Assembly: GCA_041691135.1 (NCBI GenBank)
Contig: JBEPVF010000001.1
Span: forward strand, 32,001-96,000
Reading direction: 5' to 3'
DNA: 64,000 nucleotides
DNA from: Candidatus Peribacteria bacterium
GTDB lineage: Bacteria; Patescibacteriota; Gracilibacteria; Peribacterales; Peribacteraceae
In this document: positions 18,431 to 28,329 of the stretch, in pieces
How the letters are laid out: every line of letters begins with the position of its first letter
Position numbering within the stretch: the stretch's first letter is position 1
Program-made: the position numbers and the translations under genes
Notes under the pieces: generated by a model
What the model was told of the DNA's origin: nothing
Database searches by the model: none
The model's input: only the letters and a program-made list of their open reading frames with translations

Positions 18431-18982
18431 CTATGACACCTGCAGAACCTCGTATTCCACGATTCCCGACGGCGTCGTCACGTCCACCGTATCGCCTTTC
18501 TGCCTGCCGAGCAGGGATTTACCGATAGGCGATTCGTTGCTGATTTTGTGATCAAGCGGATCAGCTTCGGTGGTGCCGACGATGGTGTACTTCTCGGCTG
18601 CTTCGTTGCCACTCTGATTTTGCAGAGACACGGTCGATCCGATATCTATGACCTTGCCGCCGCGTTTCGTCGTTTCGACCTTTTTCTCCGAGATAATCTT
18701 GGCATTCTTCACTTTCTGCTCGAGTTCCAAAATGCGTCCTTCTACGAAGGCTTGCTCATTTTTGGCTTCTTCGTATTCGGAGTTTTCGGAGAGGTCTCCG
18801 TAGGAAATCGCTTCCTTCAAGCGCTGCGCCACTTCTTGGCGACGAGCAGTCTTGAGTTCATCCAGTTCATCTTTCAACTTCTTCAGTCCTTCTTTGGTGA
18901 CAAGAGTTTGATCGTCGTCGCCAAAATTTCCGTCACCGGAAGAAGCTTGGTCGTCGTCGAGGAGAATATCATCATCAGCCAT
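18431..18982 (-). CDS. greA: Transcription elongation factor GreA
   Basis: 'EAISYGDLSENSEYEEAK', 'ISNESPIGKSLLG'; acidic N-terminal extension. Confidence 0.97.
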   Translation of the reverse strand: MADDDILLDDDQASSGDGNFGDDDQTLVTKEGLKKLKDELDELKTARRQEVAQRLKEAISYGDLSENSEYEEAKNEQAFVEGRILELEQKVKNAKIISEKKVETTKRGGKVIDIGSTVSLQNQSGNEAAEKYTIVGTTEADPLDHKISNESPIGKSLLGRQKGDTVDVTTPSGIVEYEVLQVS

Positions 18983-19129
18983 GAGAAAAACGGGGAAAGC
19001 TCGGGTATTGTAGTGAATTAACAGGTGTTGGCAAGTTGAAGAAACCGATGAAGTCGAGGGAACCGCAGAAGCCGAGGAGATGAGGATTATCCGAGGGCGA
19101 CCTCTTATTTTCTACTCCTGGTGCCATTA

Positions 19130-22100
19130 TTAACTTTCCCTCAACAAATCCGGCCAACGCATGGTGGGGAGATCTTCGACCTTCTCTTGGACCAGGGCCT
19201 CAACCAAGCGTTTGGCGAGTTGCACGTTGGTGACGAGTGAAATGCCATGATCAGTGGCGATGCGGCGGATGAAGTAGCCGTCGGTTTGTTCGGGCGTGCT
19301 GAAGTGCGTGGGGATATTGATGACCAGATCAATGCGCTTCTGTTCCAGGTACTCGCGGATATTGGGACTGCGCGGTTCGGAAACCTTATGCAGTAACGCC
19401 GAAGGAATATTGCGGCTGGTCAAAAATTCGTGCGTGCGCTCGGTGGCGAAGAAGGAGTATCCCAGTTCATGCAGTTGTTGGATGGATGGCAGCATGTCCA
19501 TCTTGTCTTCGAGCGAGCCGATGGTGACCAGAATATTCTTCTTTGGAATTTTGAAGCCGACGGCGAGCATCGAAATGAGCAATGCCTGCTCGGCGTTCGT
19601 GCCGAAACTCGCAACTTCGCCGGTGCTGGCCATCTCCACGCCCAATCGCGGGTCCGCGCCTTTGAGTCGGCTGAAACTGAACTGAGCGGCTTTGACACCG
19701 ACGTGATCGAGGTCGATGGTCTGATAGCGTTGATCGGTCGGTGCAACTCCAAGCAAAGCCTGTGTCGCCAATGCCGCGAAGTTCACGCCTGTCACTTTGC
19801 TGGCGAATGGAAAACTCCGGCTTGCGCGCAAGTTGCATTCGATCACTTTGAGTCGGTTGTTTTTTGCTAATAACTGAAGGTTGAACGGCCCGGAAATCTC
19901 CAGACCAAGACAGATATTTTTGGCGATCTGCTTCAGTTGTCTCAGCGTGGCGACGTTCACCCGCTGCGGTGGCAATACAATGGTCGCATCTCCCGAGTGC
20001 ACGCCTGCATTTTCGATGTGTTCCGAGATGGCGTACAGCAGCAATTTGCCGTTTTGCGCCACGCCGTCGAACTCGATTTCCTTGGCGCCCAGCTCGAATT
20101 TCGAGATCACGACCGGCGCCTCTTTACTCACCAGCGCCGCCTGCTTGATGAATTCTTCCAGATCATCGCTGGAGTGCACCACGGCCATTGCCGCTCCGGA
20201 TAACACGTAACTCGGACGGACGATGACGGGATAGCCTACGCTCGTCGCGAATGTTTTGGCTGAGGCGATGTCGGCAAATTCCTTCCACTCCGGCTGGTCC
20301 ACTTTTATGTCATCCAGAAGCGTGCTGAACTTATGCCGGCTCTCGGCGCGGTCAATGCTTTCGGGCGACGTGCCGAGGATCGGAATACCTTTGGCCGCCA
20401 GTTTCTTGGCGAGCGAATTCGGAATCTGTCCGCCCATCGATACCACCACGCCCATCGGTTGTATCAACTCGATGATATCGCGGACGCGTTCTTCGGTCAG
20501 CTGCTCGAAGAACAATGTATCGCACTCATCGTAATCGGTGCTTACCGTTTCCGGATTCGAGTTGATCATCACCACTTTGTATCCCTGTCGCTGCAGTTCA
20601 TGCGTAGCCTGCACGCAGCACCAGTCGAATTCGACCGAAGAACCGATGGAATAGGGGCCGCCTCCTAAGACGATCACATACGGGTGGTCGGCGGCCAGTG
20701 ATGAGCTGTCAGAATGTTCTTTCTCTTCACCGCTGATCAATGACTTCTGATCACTGAATACGACGTCATGCTCTTCTGCATGGTATGTCATGTATAAATA
20801 ATTCGTATGCGCCGGAAATTCTCCACCGAGTGTGTCGACTTGTTTGATGAACGGCGTGATGTTCCATTCTTTGCGCATGTTGCGAATGTCTTCCGCTTTC
20901 GTTTCGCGAAGCTGCGCGATGGATGTGTCGGAGAAACCGGCTCGTTTTGCGGTGCGGAGCGTCTCCCGATCAAGCGGCGAAAGCTTATTCTTGAACATGT
21001 CGCGCGCCAATTGACCGCAATTGCGGACGCGCTGAAGGAACCAAGGATCAATGCCGGTGGCGATATTCACTTCTTCCACCGACCAGTCGCCCTGCAATAC
21101 TTGTGCCACCGCGAACAGACGCCGCGGAGTGGGGCGCTTTACTTCCCGATTCACATCCTCGAACTGGATAGGCACCGGATACAGACCGTCGGCGCCGATG
21201 TTGAGCATGCGTATTGCTTTTTGCAGTGCTTCCTCGAACGTGCGGCCGAGCGCCATCACTTCGCCTACTGATTTCATCTCGCTCGTCACCTGATCCGATA
21301 CGAAGCGGAATTTCTGTAAATCCCAGCGTGGCATTTTGACAGCCACGTAGTCGAGCGACGGTTCGAAGTCGGCGCTCGTCACTTGCGTGATGGCGTTTTT
21401 GAGTGCCGGTAATGTGTGGCCAAGCGCCAGTTTGGCGGCGACGAACGCGAGCGGATAACCGGTTGCCTTGGACGCCAGAGCCGAACTGCGGCTGAGACGC
21501 GCGTTAACTTCGATCACGCGATACTTGCGCGACTTGGGATGCAATGCGTACTGAATGTTGCACTCACCCACGATCTGTAGATGGCGAATCACTTTGAGCG
21601 CGATATTGCGGAGCATCTGGTACTCAAAATTATCAAGCGTCTGACTCGGCGCCACCACGATCGATTCGCCGGTGTGAATGCCGAGCGGATCGACGTTCTC
21701 CATGTTGCAGACAGTGATGCAGTTGTCGACGCCGTCGCGCACGACTTCGTACTCGATCTCTTTCCAGCCGGTCAGATCTTCTTCGATCAGCACTTGATGC
21801 GATTCCACGAAGGCAACTTTGAGCAGCTCTTTCAATTCCTCCTCATTCTGCGCCCGTCCGCTTCCTTTACCGCCGAGTGCGAAGGCGGCGCGCGTGATCA
21901 CCGGGTAACCGATTTTGATGGCAGCGGCCAAGGCGGTGTCCATGGATTCACATGCTTCGGAGACGGGCATCTCGACACCGATGCTGCGGAGTTCCTGATT
22001 GAAGAGCGCACGGTCCTCGGTTTTCCGAATGCTCTCTACCGGTGTCCCCAGTACCTGAATGCCGTATTTTTCCAGGATTCCGGAATCATTGAGTTGTACG

Positions 22101-22444
22101 CCGCAATTGAGCGCCGTCTGTCCGCCAAAGCTCAGCGCGATGGCATCGGGCTTCTCCTTCTTAATGATGTCTTCCACGAACTGCGGCGTCACCGGCACGA
22201 AGTATACGCAGTCTGCCAATCCCCAGCTCGTCTGATTGGTGGCGATGTTGGGGTTGATGAGCACGATTCGTTTCCCCTCTTCCTTAAATGCTTTGATGGC
22301 CTGGCTGCCGGAGTAATCGAATTCACCGGCCTCGCCGATCTTGAGCGCCCCCGATCCGAGCAGCAGAATCGTCTTAATTTTTGAAAAATCAGCCCCCGTG
22401 CCCTGTTCAGGCTTCGGAGAGCCGGTTACGTTCGCTGCGGTCAT
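19130..22444 (-). CDS. carB: Carbamoyl-phosphate synthase large subunit
   Basis: 'GSGALKIGEAGEFDYSG', two ATP-grasp halves, 'NPETVSTDYD', C-terminal MGS domain. Confidence 0.98.
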   Translation of the reverse strand: MTAANVTGSPKPEQGTGADFSKIKTILLLGSGALKIGEAGEFDYSGSQAIKAFKEEGKRIVLINPNIATNQTSWGLADCVYFVPVTPQFVEDIIKKEKPDAIALSFGGQTALNCGVQLNDSGILEKYGIQVLGTPVESIRKTEDRALFNQELRSIGVEMPVSEACESMDTALAAAIKIGYPVITRAAFALGGKGSGRAQNEEELKELLKVAFVESHQVLIEEDLTGWKEIEYEVVRDGVDNCITVCNMENVDPLGIHTGESIVVAPSQTLDNFEYQMLRNIALKVIRHLQIVGECNIQYALHPKSRKYRVIEVNARLSRSSALASKATGYPLAFVAAKLALGHTLPALKNAITQVTSADFEPSLDYVAVKMPRWDLQKFRFVSDQVTSEMKSVGEVMALGRTFEEALQKAIRMLNIGADGLYPVPIQFEDVNREVKRPTPRRLFAVAQVLQGDWSVEEVNIATGIDPWFLQRVRNCGQLARDMFKNKLSPLDRETLRTAKRAGFSDTSIAQLRETKAEDIRNMRKEWNITPFIKQVDTLGGEFPAHTNYLYMTYHAEEHDVVFSDQKSLISGEEKEHSDSSSLAADHPYVIVLGGGPYSIGSSVEFDWCCVQATHELQRQGYKVVMINSNPETVSTDYDECDTLFFEQLTEERVRDIIELIQPMGVVVSMGGQIPNSLAKKLAAKGIPILGTSPESIDRAESRHKFSTLLDDIKVDQPEWKEFADIASAKTFATSVGYPVIVRPSYVLSGAAMAVVHSSDDLEEFIKQAALVSKEAPVVISKFELGAKEIEFDGVAQNGKLLLYAISEHIENAGVHSGDATIVLPPQRVNVATLRQLKQIAKNICLGLEISGPFNLQLLAKNNRLKVIECNLRASRSFPFASKVTGVNFAALATQALLGVAPTDQRYQTIDLDHVGVKAAQFSFSRLKGADPRLGVEMASTGEVASFGTNAEQALLISMLAVGFKIPKKNILVTIGSLEDKMDMLPSIQQLHELGYSFFATERTHEFLTSRNIPSALLHKVSEPRSPNIREYLEQKRIDLVINIPTHFSTPEQTDGYFIRRIATDHGISLVTNVQLAKRLVEALVQEKVEDLPTMRWPDLLRES
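20683..20757. repeat. Degenerate 7-bp-periodic palindromic element inside carB
   Basis: Left arm GTGGTCG-GCGGCCA-GTGATGA and right arm CCGCTGA-TCAATGA-CTTCTGA-TCACTGA, encoding a ~20-aa insertion. Confidence 0.55.
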
Positions 22445-22600
22445 GTCCGCGGCAGAGTAGGGGAGAATTGAAGCGTGGGCAAGCGAAAGAAAATCATCCG
22501 CTCACTGATTTTGCACTCATAAACGTACCTCGCATCGTGCAAGTCTTTTTTTGGCGTAACTCTCCTGACAAAAACATCCGTATGGTACAGTGACGTTCAG

Positions 22601-23452
22601 ATGAAATACGCATTCCCTCTCACATTGTTGTCATTCGCCATTGTTCCCAACGCATTGGCGGCGAGTGGCAGTTACGTGTCGCTTCAGAAGAATCTCCAGA
22701 CCGTGTCGCCGCTGCTGCAGCAGGATGTGGATCAATTGCATCAGGAAGACAATGATGCGCAGGAAATCGAAGCGAAAGATCTGTTTCCGCTCAGCGACTC
22801 CGGCGCCACGGATCAGCGGCCGAGTGTCCAGCCGGGACAGAAAAATTTGACGGTGGTGATCGGCACGGCGAGCGTTACTTTTTCCGACGTACCGCTTGTC
22901 AGTTGGTTTGCACCATATGTGCGGGAAGCGGCCGAGCGGGGGATTGTGTCGGGGTATAAAGATGCGAACGGAAATTATTTGGGTATCTACGGGCCGGAAA
23001 GAAATGTGTCCGTGGAGGAGCTGGCAAAAATGGCGGTGAAGGCCGCATTGATCGTGGAATCATCCTGCGGAACGACCGTCAAGAATCCGGGTGCGCAGAC
23101 CAGCTGGTCGCGCCCCTACATCACATGTGCCGAACAGGCGAATTGGTCGATCTATAATGATGAGAATCTGCGCATTACCCGGCCTGCCACGCGTGCCGAA
23201 GTCATAGCCACATTGATGGATGCCTTCAAGATCGAATACAGCGACCGCATCGTCGCCGGGTCCGTCTTCAAGGACGTGAAGGATTCCACTCGTTTCGCTT
23301 CGGCTATCGAGAAGGCCATTGTCGACGGGATCGTATCCGGGTATACCAATCCGGATGGCTCGAGGACCGGTTACTTCGGACCGAATAACCCGGTAACTCG
23401 TGCGGAAGTGGCAAAGATGATCACCATGGTTATCCAGAAATATTCTCAATGA
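22601..23452 (+). CDS. SLH-domain protein
   Basis: Signal peptide; three SLH repeats (FSDV...GIVSGY...VSVEE; ATRAEV; FKDV...GIVSGY...FGPNNPVTRAEVAKM). Confidence 0.9.
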   Translation: MKYAFPLTLLSFAIVPNALAASGSYVSLQKNLQTVSPLLQQDVDQLHQEDNDAQEIEAKDLFPLSDSGATDQRPSVQPGQKNLTVVIGTASVTFSDVPLVSWFAPYVREAAERGIVSGYKDANGNYLGIYGPERNVSVEELAKMAVKAALIVESSCGTTVKNPGAQTSWSRPYITCAEQANWSIYNDENLRITRPATRAEVIATLMDAFKIEYSDRIVAGSVFKDVKDSTRFASAIEKAIVDGIVSGYTNPDGSRTGYFGPNNPVTRAEVAKMITMVIQKYSQ

Positions 23453-23515
23453 GGAATTCAAGGGATCCGACCATTCTGAAAAATCGCGGTACACAATTCT
23501 CGTTAGATTCTTTTG

Positions 23516-24514
23516 CTACGCATTCCCTCTCTCTTGCGCCAAATGTTCTTCCAGATGTTGGTCTGACGGATGTGTTCCCAGAAATTCCAGTGTGATCGTT
23601 CCCAGCAGAATCAAAAATCCGCCGGCAATGTGATACCAGTGCAGCGGCTCGTGTAAGTACAAATGCGCGAACAGCATGGCACCGATGATTTCGAAAGAAA
23701 TGAAGAATGAAACGGTCGAAACGGGCAGCCTATCCATGGCCTGATAGAAGGTGAAAATATTTACAAACTGCGCAATGAAACAATAGCCGAGCAGCGCGGG
23801 AATCAGGAACAGAGGAAAAGCATGTATTTCCTGACCGAAGGTTTCCGGCAAAAACGGCGCCAGGAGAAAGAATGCCGCAATACTGGTGATCGATCGCCAG
23901 AGAATAACAATTTCGGCCGGTATGCCGTGCAGGTACATTCTGAACAACATGCTGCCGACCGCGTAGACGAAACAGGAGAGTATAATCAACAGATCCCCCG
24001 AATGGAGTTTCATGCCGATGGACCCGCCGTGAAGCATGATGCACAGTATGCCGATGACGATGATGATGCCGCCGATCACATGTCCGCGAGTCCATTGCTC
24101 CTTCAGGAAAATAAAAGCCAGAAAAAGCATGAATATCATTTCCATCCTGCCGAACAGGGCCGAATTGATGGCGGTAGTCGTCTGCAGTCCGGTGAACCAA
24201 AGGAAAGGAGCGAGAACGCCACTCGTGACGCCTACGGCTATCAGTATCGGCCAGGTCCTGCGCGGAATGTGCGTCAGTTTTTTGACCGACGGCAGGACGC
24301 CGAACGAAAACAGCACTATGACGGCGATCAACGTCTGGCTTACGAATAGCAAGGACAGCGGAGAAAGAGCCGACGAAATATTCTTGGCGAAGCCATTATA
24401 GGTCGAACTCGAAAGGACTGTGATGATCAATGAGCCCCAGCCAATCGTTGTCTCCGTCAACAGAGTCGGACGGCGCCATGTGAAGGCCGGTATCTGACGG
24501 AGAGAAATGTGCAT
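23516..24514 (-). CDS. EamA/DMT family transporter
   Basis: About 10 TM helices in two repeats; 'WFTGLQTTTAIN', 'FLKE', 'YLHE'. Confidence 0.9.
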   Translation of the reverse strand: MHISLRQIPAFTWRRPTLLTETTIGWGSLIITVLSSSTYNGFAKNISSALSPLSLLFVSQTLIAVIVLFSFGVLPSVKKLTHIPRRTWPILIAVGVTSGVLAPFLWFTGLQTTTAINSALFGRMEMIFMLFLAFIFLKEQWTRGHVIGGIIIVIGILCIMLHGGSIGMKLHSGDLLIILSCFVYAVGSMLFRMYLHGIPAEIVILWRSITSIAAFFLLAPFLPETFGQEIHAFPLFLIPALLGYCFIAQFVNIFTFYQAMDRLPVSTVSFFISFEIIGAMLFAHLYLHEPLHWYHIAGGFLILLGTITLEFLGTHPSDQHLEEHLAQERGNA

Positions 24515-24566
24515 TTGAAGTAATATTATAACATAAAAATAGGATTATTGGAATAGAGCAACCTAT

Positions 24567-24675
24567 GAAGAACCAAGAGCCCAGAGCCAAACAGGCACGA
24601 AATTCGAAATGCGAAAAATCCAATTGTTCGTCCTTTGCGGTTCGAATTTTGAATTCACTGATTCTTGGCTCTTTT
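24567..24675. repeat. Heptamer-periodic palindromic intergenic element
   Basis: AACCAAGAGCCCAGAGCC...CACGAAATTCGAAATGCGAAA...TTCGAATTTTGAATT...TTCTTGGCTCTT; related to 47015-47092 and 41548-41610. Confidence 0.6.
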
Positions 24676-24699
24676 CCGACGAAACTGTACTCTCCCTGC

Positions 24700-25149
24700 A
24701 TGCCAAATTTTCTTCGCGAATTCAAGGCGTTTGCCGCCCGTGGCAATGTGATCGATATGGCCGTCGGTATTGCGATCGGTGCGGCGTTCGGCAAGATCGT
24801 CTCGTCGTTCGTCGATGATATTCTGATGCCGCCACTGGGAGTGGTGGCGGGTAAAGTGGATTTTGCCGATCTCTACTTCAATTTGTCGGGTGGTCACTAT
24901 AGCTCGCTCGCGCAGGCTAAGGCGGCCGGTGCGGCGACGTTGAACTACGGACTCTTCGTCAATCAGGTCATTAATTTTTTGATTGTGTCCTTCGCGATTT
25001 TTCTGATGTTACGCCAGATCAATAAACTGAAAAGAGGCACGAAACAAAACGAAGCACCCACGCTTCGCGATTGTCCCTTCTGTCTGTCAGCCATTCCGGT
25101 AAAGGCAACACGGTGCTCGGCCTGCACGTCGCAGCTGTCTGCAGCTTAA
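24700..25149 (+). CDS. mscL: Large-conductance mechanosensitive channel with C-terminal zinc ribbon
   Basis: ATG 24700; '[38 protein letters not shown]', 'NYGLF...INFLIV'; tail CPFC...CSAC. Confidence 0.95.
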   Translation: MPNFLREFKAFAARGNVIDMAVGIAIGAAFGKIVSSFVDDILMPPLGVVAGKVDFADLYFNLSGGHYSSLAQAKAAGAATLNYGLFVNQVINFLIVSFAIFLMLRQINKLKRGTKQNEAPTLRDCPFCLSAIPVKATRCSACTSQLSAA

Positions 25150-25271
25150 TGAATAGCTGCGCTGTACAAATATACCGAGGTAGTAGTGATCGCCATCAGT
25201 GTTCCTGCTATTGCCAGATAGAAGAGCGGGTTATCCGTGGTCAGCCGATGCCAGTATGGGAGAGTGTGCAT
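25146..25271 (-). CDS. 41-aa single-TM microprotein (below the ORF-track cut-off)
   Basis: Manual translation [41 protein letters not shown]; pyrimidine-rich start context as in other genes here; stop overlaps the mscL stop. Confidence 0.5.
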   Translation of the reverse strand: MHTLPYWHRLTTDNPLFYLAIAGTLMAITTTSVYLYSAAIH

Positions 25272-25593
25272 ACGAGAGAGGAATAAAGTCTCCTTCGGAA
25301 CCCTGGTCACTAGTCCTCTTGTTTCCTATCTTCCTGTTCCAGAGAAAGAAAGGAAGGAAGAGGAGGTCGAAGGCCCGAAGGAGCACATCCGATGACGCGG
25401 TCGCTGAACGCTTTCTTACCGAAAGTCCTTGCCTGATACCGTAAAAAATGCGGAATCCCTTTTGTAGAGCGGATTTATCGATTATCTGACCATAAAAAAA
25501 CGATTCGTACAAAGTATATTTGCTGAAACTTCATGGCGGATCGGTAGTGTTGGTCTTTGTCAGGAATTTTTATTTTTTACTCCTTGTACTTAT

Positions 25594-26061
25594 ATGAAAC
25601 GCACGTTGCTTGCAGCAGCCACGGCTGTCCTGCTCACAGTTTCTTTGACAGCGCCGGCCTTTGCTGACGATACCAGTTCATCCTCCTCCTCATCTTCGGC
25701 GATGAATCACCTGACGGCTGATAAAAAGGTGGCAAAAAAATCAGTTGATTCTGTCTGTGCTCAAACAGCTGTCGATACACGTGAAGCAGCGCTCGGTACT
25801 GCCATCGGTGCATTTGGGACGAGCTTGTCGGCGGCATACGCCACTCGCGCCACCGCTCTGCATACTGCATGGAGCTTGACGGATGTGAAGCAACGCAGGA
25901 CATCGGTCAAAGCGGCCTGGAAAACTTTCCGCGATGCGAAGAAGGGTGCTGCCAAAGGCTGGAGCGATGCGCGTAAAGCGGCGTGGAGTGCATTTTCTGC
26001 CAGTGCCAAAACATGTAAGGGAGTGGATACCACACTCGAGGATGCCAATGCTGACCAGTAG
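25594..26061 (+). CDS. Secreted Ala/Lys-rich helical hypothetical protein
   Basis: Signal peptide ending APAFA, poly-Ser linker, two Cys bracketing a helical domain. Confidence 0.85.
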   Translation: MKRTLLAAATAVLLTVSLTAPAFADDTSSSSSSSSAMNHLTADKKVAKKSVDSVCAQTAVDTREAALGTAIGAFGTSLSAAYATRATALHTAWSLTDVKQRRTSVKAAWKTFRDAKKGAAKGWSDARKAAWSAFSASAKTCKGVDTTLEDANADQ

Positions 26062-26076
26062 GAATATGTGTTCTTC

Positions 26077-26105
26077 AAAAGCCGTCCAGATGGACGGCTT
26101 TTTTT
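26077..26105 (+). terminator. Intrinsic terminator
   Basis: AAAAGCCGTCCA-GA-TGGACGGCTTTT followed by a T run. Confidence 0.85.
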
Positions 26106-26169
26106 GAATCTATTGTGTGAATGCAAAAAAAGAGCGAGGGCCTAGAATCCCCGCTCTTTCTATTCTCTG

Positions 26170-26268
26170 CTACTGATTGTCCATCTTGCTGCTACTGCCG
26201 CTACTGGACGAAGAGCCTTGCTGCTCGGTATTTTGACCTTGCTGCTGACCTTGCTGGCGATTTTCCAT
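26170..26268 (-). CDS. 32-aa Gln/Ser/Gly-rich hydrophilic microprotein
   Basis: Manual translation MENRQQGQQQGQNTEQQGSSSSSGSSSKMDNQ; followed by a hairpin and U-tract at about 26125-26159 on the minus strand. Confidence 0.55.
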   Translation of the reverse strand: MENRQQGQQQGQNTEQQGSSSSSGSSSKMDNQ

Positions 26269-26434
26269 ACACAATGGGGGAAAGAGAAATAGAAAGTAGA
26301 ATTGCTTCCGATCGGTGCGCATACTCCATGACGATTACCGACAGCGGCCTCTTACAGAACGGTTGAATTTTGTGGCGAGCGGTATAGAAAGGCGATTGAA
26401 TCGTTTGTCTTTTGCGGGTAGCGTGGTGTCGTCT

Positions 26435-27811
26435 ATGAAGAAGATGCGCACCGAAGGCGATTCGCTCGGTGATGTCTCGATTCCGGCTGATCGTCTGTAT
26501 GGCGCTTCCACCGCGCGCGCAGTGGAGAATTTTCGCGTGAGTGCTCTGCGATTGCCGACTTCCTTTGTACACAGCCTCGCCCGCATCAAACGTGCGGCTG
26601 CCCAGGCGAATGCGGAGTTGGAACTGCTTACCGCTGATCGCTGCGATGTCATCTGCGCAGCGTGCGATGCGATCGTTGATGGAAAATACGACGAAGAGTT
26701 TGTACTGGACGTGTTCCAAACCGGTTCCGGTACCAGTACGAATATGAATATGAACGAAGTGATTGCAAATGTAGCGAACCAGGCGCTCGGCAGAGCATTG
26801 GGTTCGCATGATCCCGTGCATCCTAATGATCACGTGAACCTGGGTCAGTCGAGCAACGATGTATTTCCGACGGCGATGCACGTAGCGGCAGTCGTCGTCA
26901 TGACGCGCGAGTTGCTGCCAGCATTGGAAAAATTGAAACAATCATTGGATCAAAAAGCGAAAGCATGGCGGCCGATTTTTAAAAACGGACGCACGCATTT
27001 GCAGGATGCGACGCCTGTATCCCTGGGCGAGGAGTTTTCCGCTTACGCCGAGCAGATCCGTAAAGCGGTCATCCGTTTGCAGCAAGCGCGTGATGAGCTG
27101 CTGGAGTTGCCGCTGGGCGGGACAGCCGTGGGGACTGGCATCAATACACATCCGAATTTCTCGGCGTTGGTGCTGAAGCGACTCTCGAAGGAAGATGGTG
27201 TGACGTACCGCGAGGCGTCGAATCACTTTGAGGCGAATGCCAGTCGCGATGCATGCGTCGCCGTCAGCGGCGCACTCAAGACAATGGCAGTTTCACTGTC
27301 GAAAATTGCGGACGACATTCGTTGGATGTCATCGGATGTGATCGGCGAACTTCGTCTTCCGGTCATGCAACCCGGCAGCAGTATTATGCCGGGGAAGGTG
27401 AATCCAGTCATTTGCGAATCACTTCTACAAGTTTGTGCCCGAGTAATCGGCAACGATACGACCGTCACCTTGGCCGGATTGGGCGGTAACTTCGAGCTCA
27501 ACACCATGTTGCCGGTTATGACGCATGCATTGCTTGAATCGCTGGCGATTCTAAGCGGTGCAGTGACCATGTTCGATATGAAATGCGTGCAATTACTGGA
27601 GGCATGTGACGAGCGCATGAAAGAGAAACTCGCACGCAACCCGATGCTCGCCACGGCACTCGTGCCGCTCGTCGGCTACGATCGTGCCGCATTGATCGCA
27701 AAAAAAAGCCGCGACGAGCACATGTCTGTGCGCGATGCGGCTGTTGCTGCCGGGGTTGCCGCGGATGAAGTGGATCGATTGCTTGCGTCCGCCTTACAGA
27801 GACACGATTAA
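26435..27811 (+). CDS. fumC: Class II fumarate hydratase (fumarase/aspartase family)
   Basis: ATG 26435; 'FQTGSGTSTNMNMNEV', 'HPNDHVN..QSSND', 'GRTHLQDATP', 'GSSIMPGKVNP'. Confidence 0.92.
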   Translation: MKKMRTEGDSLGDVSIPADRLYGASTARAVENFRVSALRLPTSFVHSLARIKRAAAQANAELELLTADRCDVICAACDAIVDGKYDEEFVLDVFQTGSGTSTNMNMNEVIANVANQALGRALGSHDPVHPNDHVNLGQSSNDVFPTAMHVAAVVVMTRELLPALEKLKQSLDQKAKAWRPIFKNGRTHLQDATPVSLGEEFSAYAEQIRKAVIRLQQARDELLELPLGGTAVGTGINTHPNFSALVLKRLSKEDGVTYREASNHFEANASRDACVAVSGALKTMAVSLSKIADDIRWMSSDVIGELRLPVMQPGSSIMPGKVNPVICESLLQVCARVIGNDTTVTLAGLGGNFELNTMLPVMTHALLESLAILSGAVTMFDMKCVQLLEACDERMKEKLARNPMLATALVPLVGYDRAALIAKKSRDEHMSVRDAAVAAGVAADEVDRLLASALQRHD

Positions 27812-27823
27812 GAAAACCAGGGC

Positions 27824-28051
27824 TTAGTAGGTCGAGTAATAAGATGACGACTCAGGCGATCCCGTACCGGTCATATCGCCTATGCTGGATGTTTGCCCAT
27901 AGTCTTCGCTGACGCTGGAATAGTCATCCGATGCATAGGATCCGTTCGTGGTTGCACCCGTATCAGCTGTATTGCTGCAAGCAACAACAAACAGAGCGGA
28001 CAGGAAGACAAGGCCAGTGGATGCCGATGATGTGCGGGCAGAAGTGTGCAT
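27824..28051 (-). CDS. Small Ser/Thr-rich lipoprotein
   Basis: 'LVFLSALFVVAC' lipobox then a low-complexity tail; start could be 28051 or 28105. Confidence 0.6.
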   Translation of the reverse strand: MHTSARTSSASTGLVFLSALFVVACSNTADTGATTNGSYASDDYSSVSEDYGQTSSIGDMTGTGSPESSSYYSTY

Positions 28052-28329
28052 ATGTTCGTTGGAGACGAATGGGCGTCCTGTTTCTTGCAGGGATTTCTCT
28101 GTCAACGCCCGCTAGCGATTATTGCAATTTACTTAAAAATGTTTTTATTTGTCATAACTACAAAATGCAATAATAGACAAAAACGGCTTCAAATTTTGAG
28201 GAATCTCGGTCGCTTTATCTATTGCAAATCAATTTAAATTTCTTGCAATAAAATGTTTGTAAGTCTTGTCTCCCTTTCCGTCTATGCCTAGCCTCGGGAA
28301 GCTCCCTTATTTTTTACCCCCGCAACCGC

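Noticed and set aside
19130-22444. carB as an orphan or pseudogene because carA is not adjacent
   Set aside because: The ORF is intact; carA may lie outside this window.
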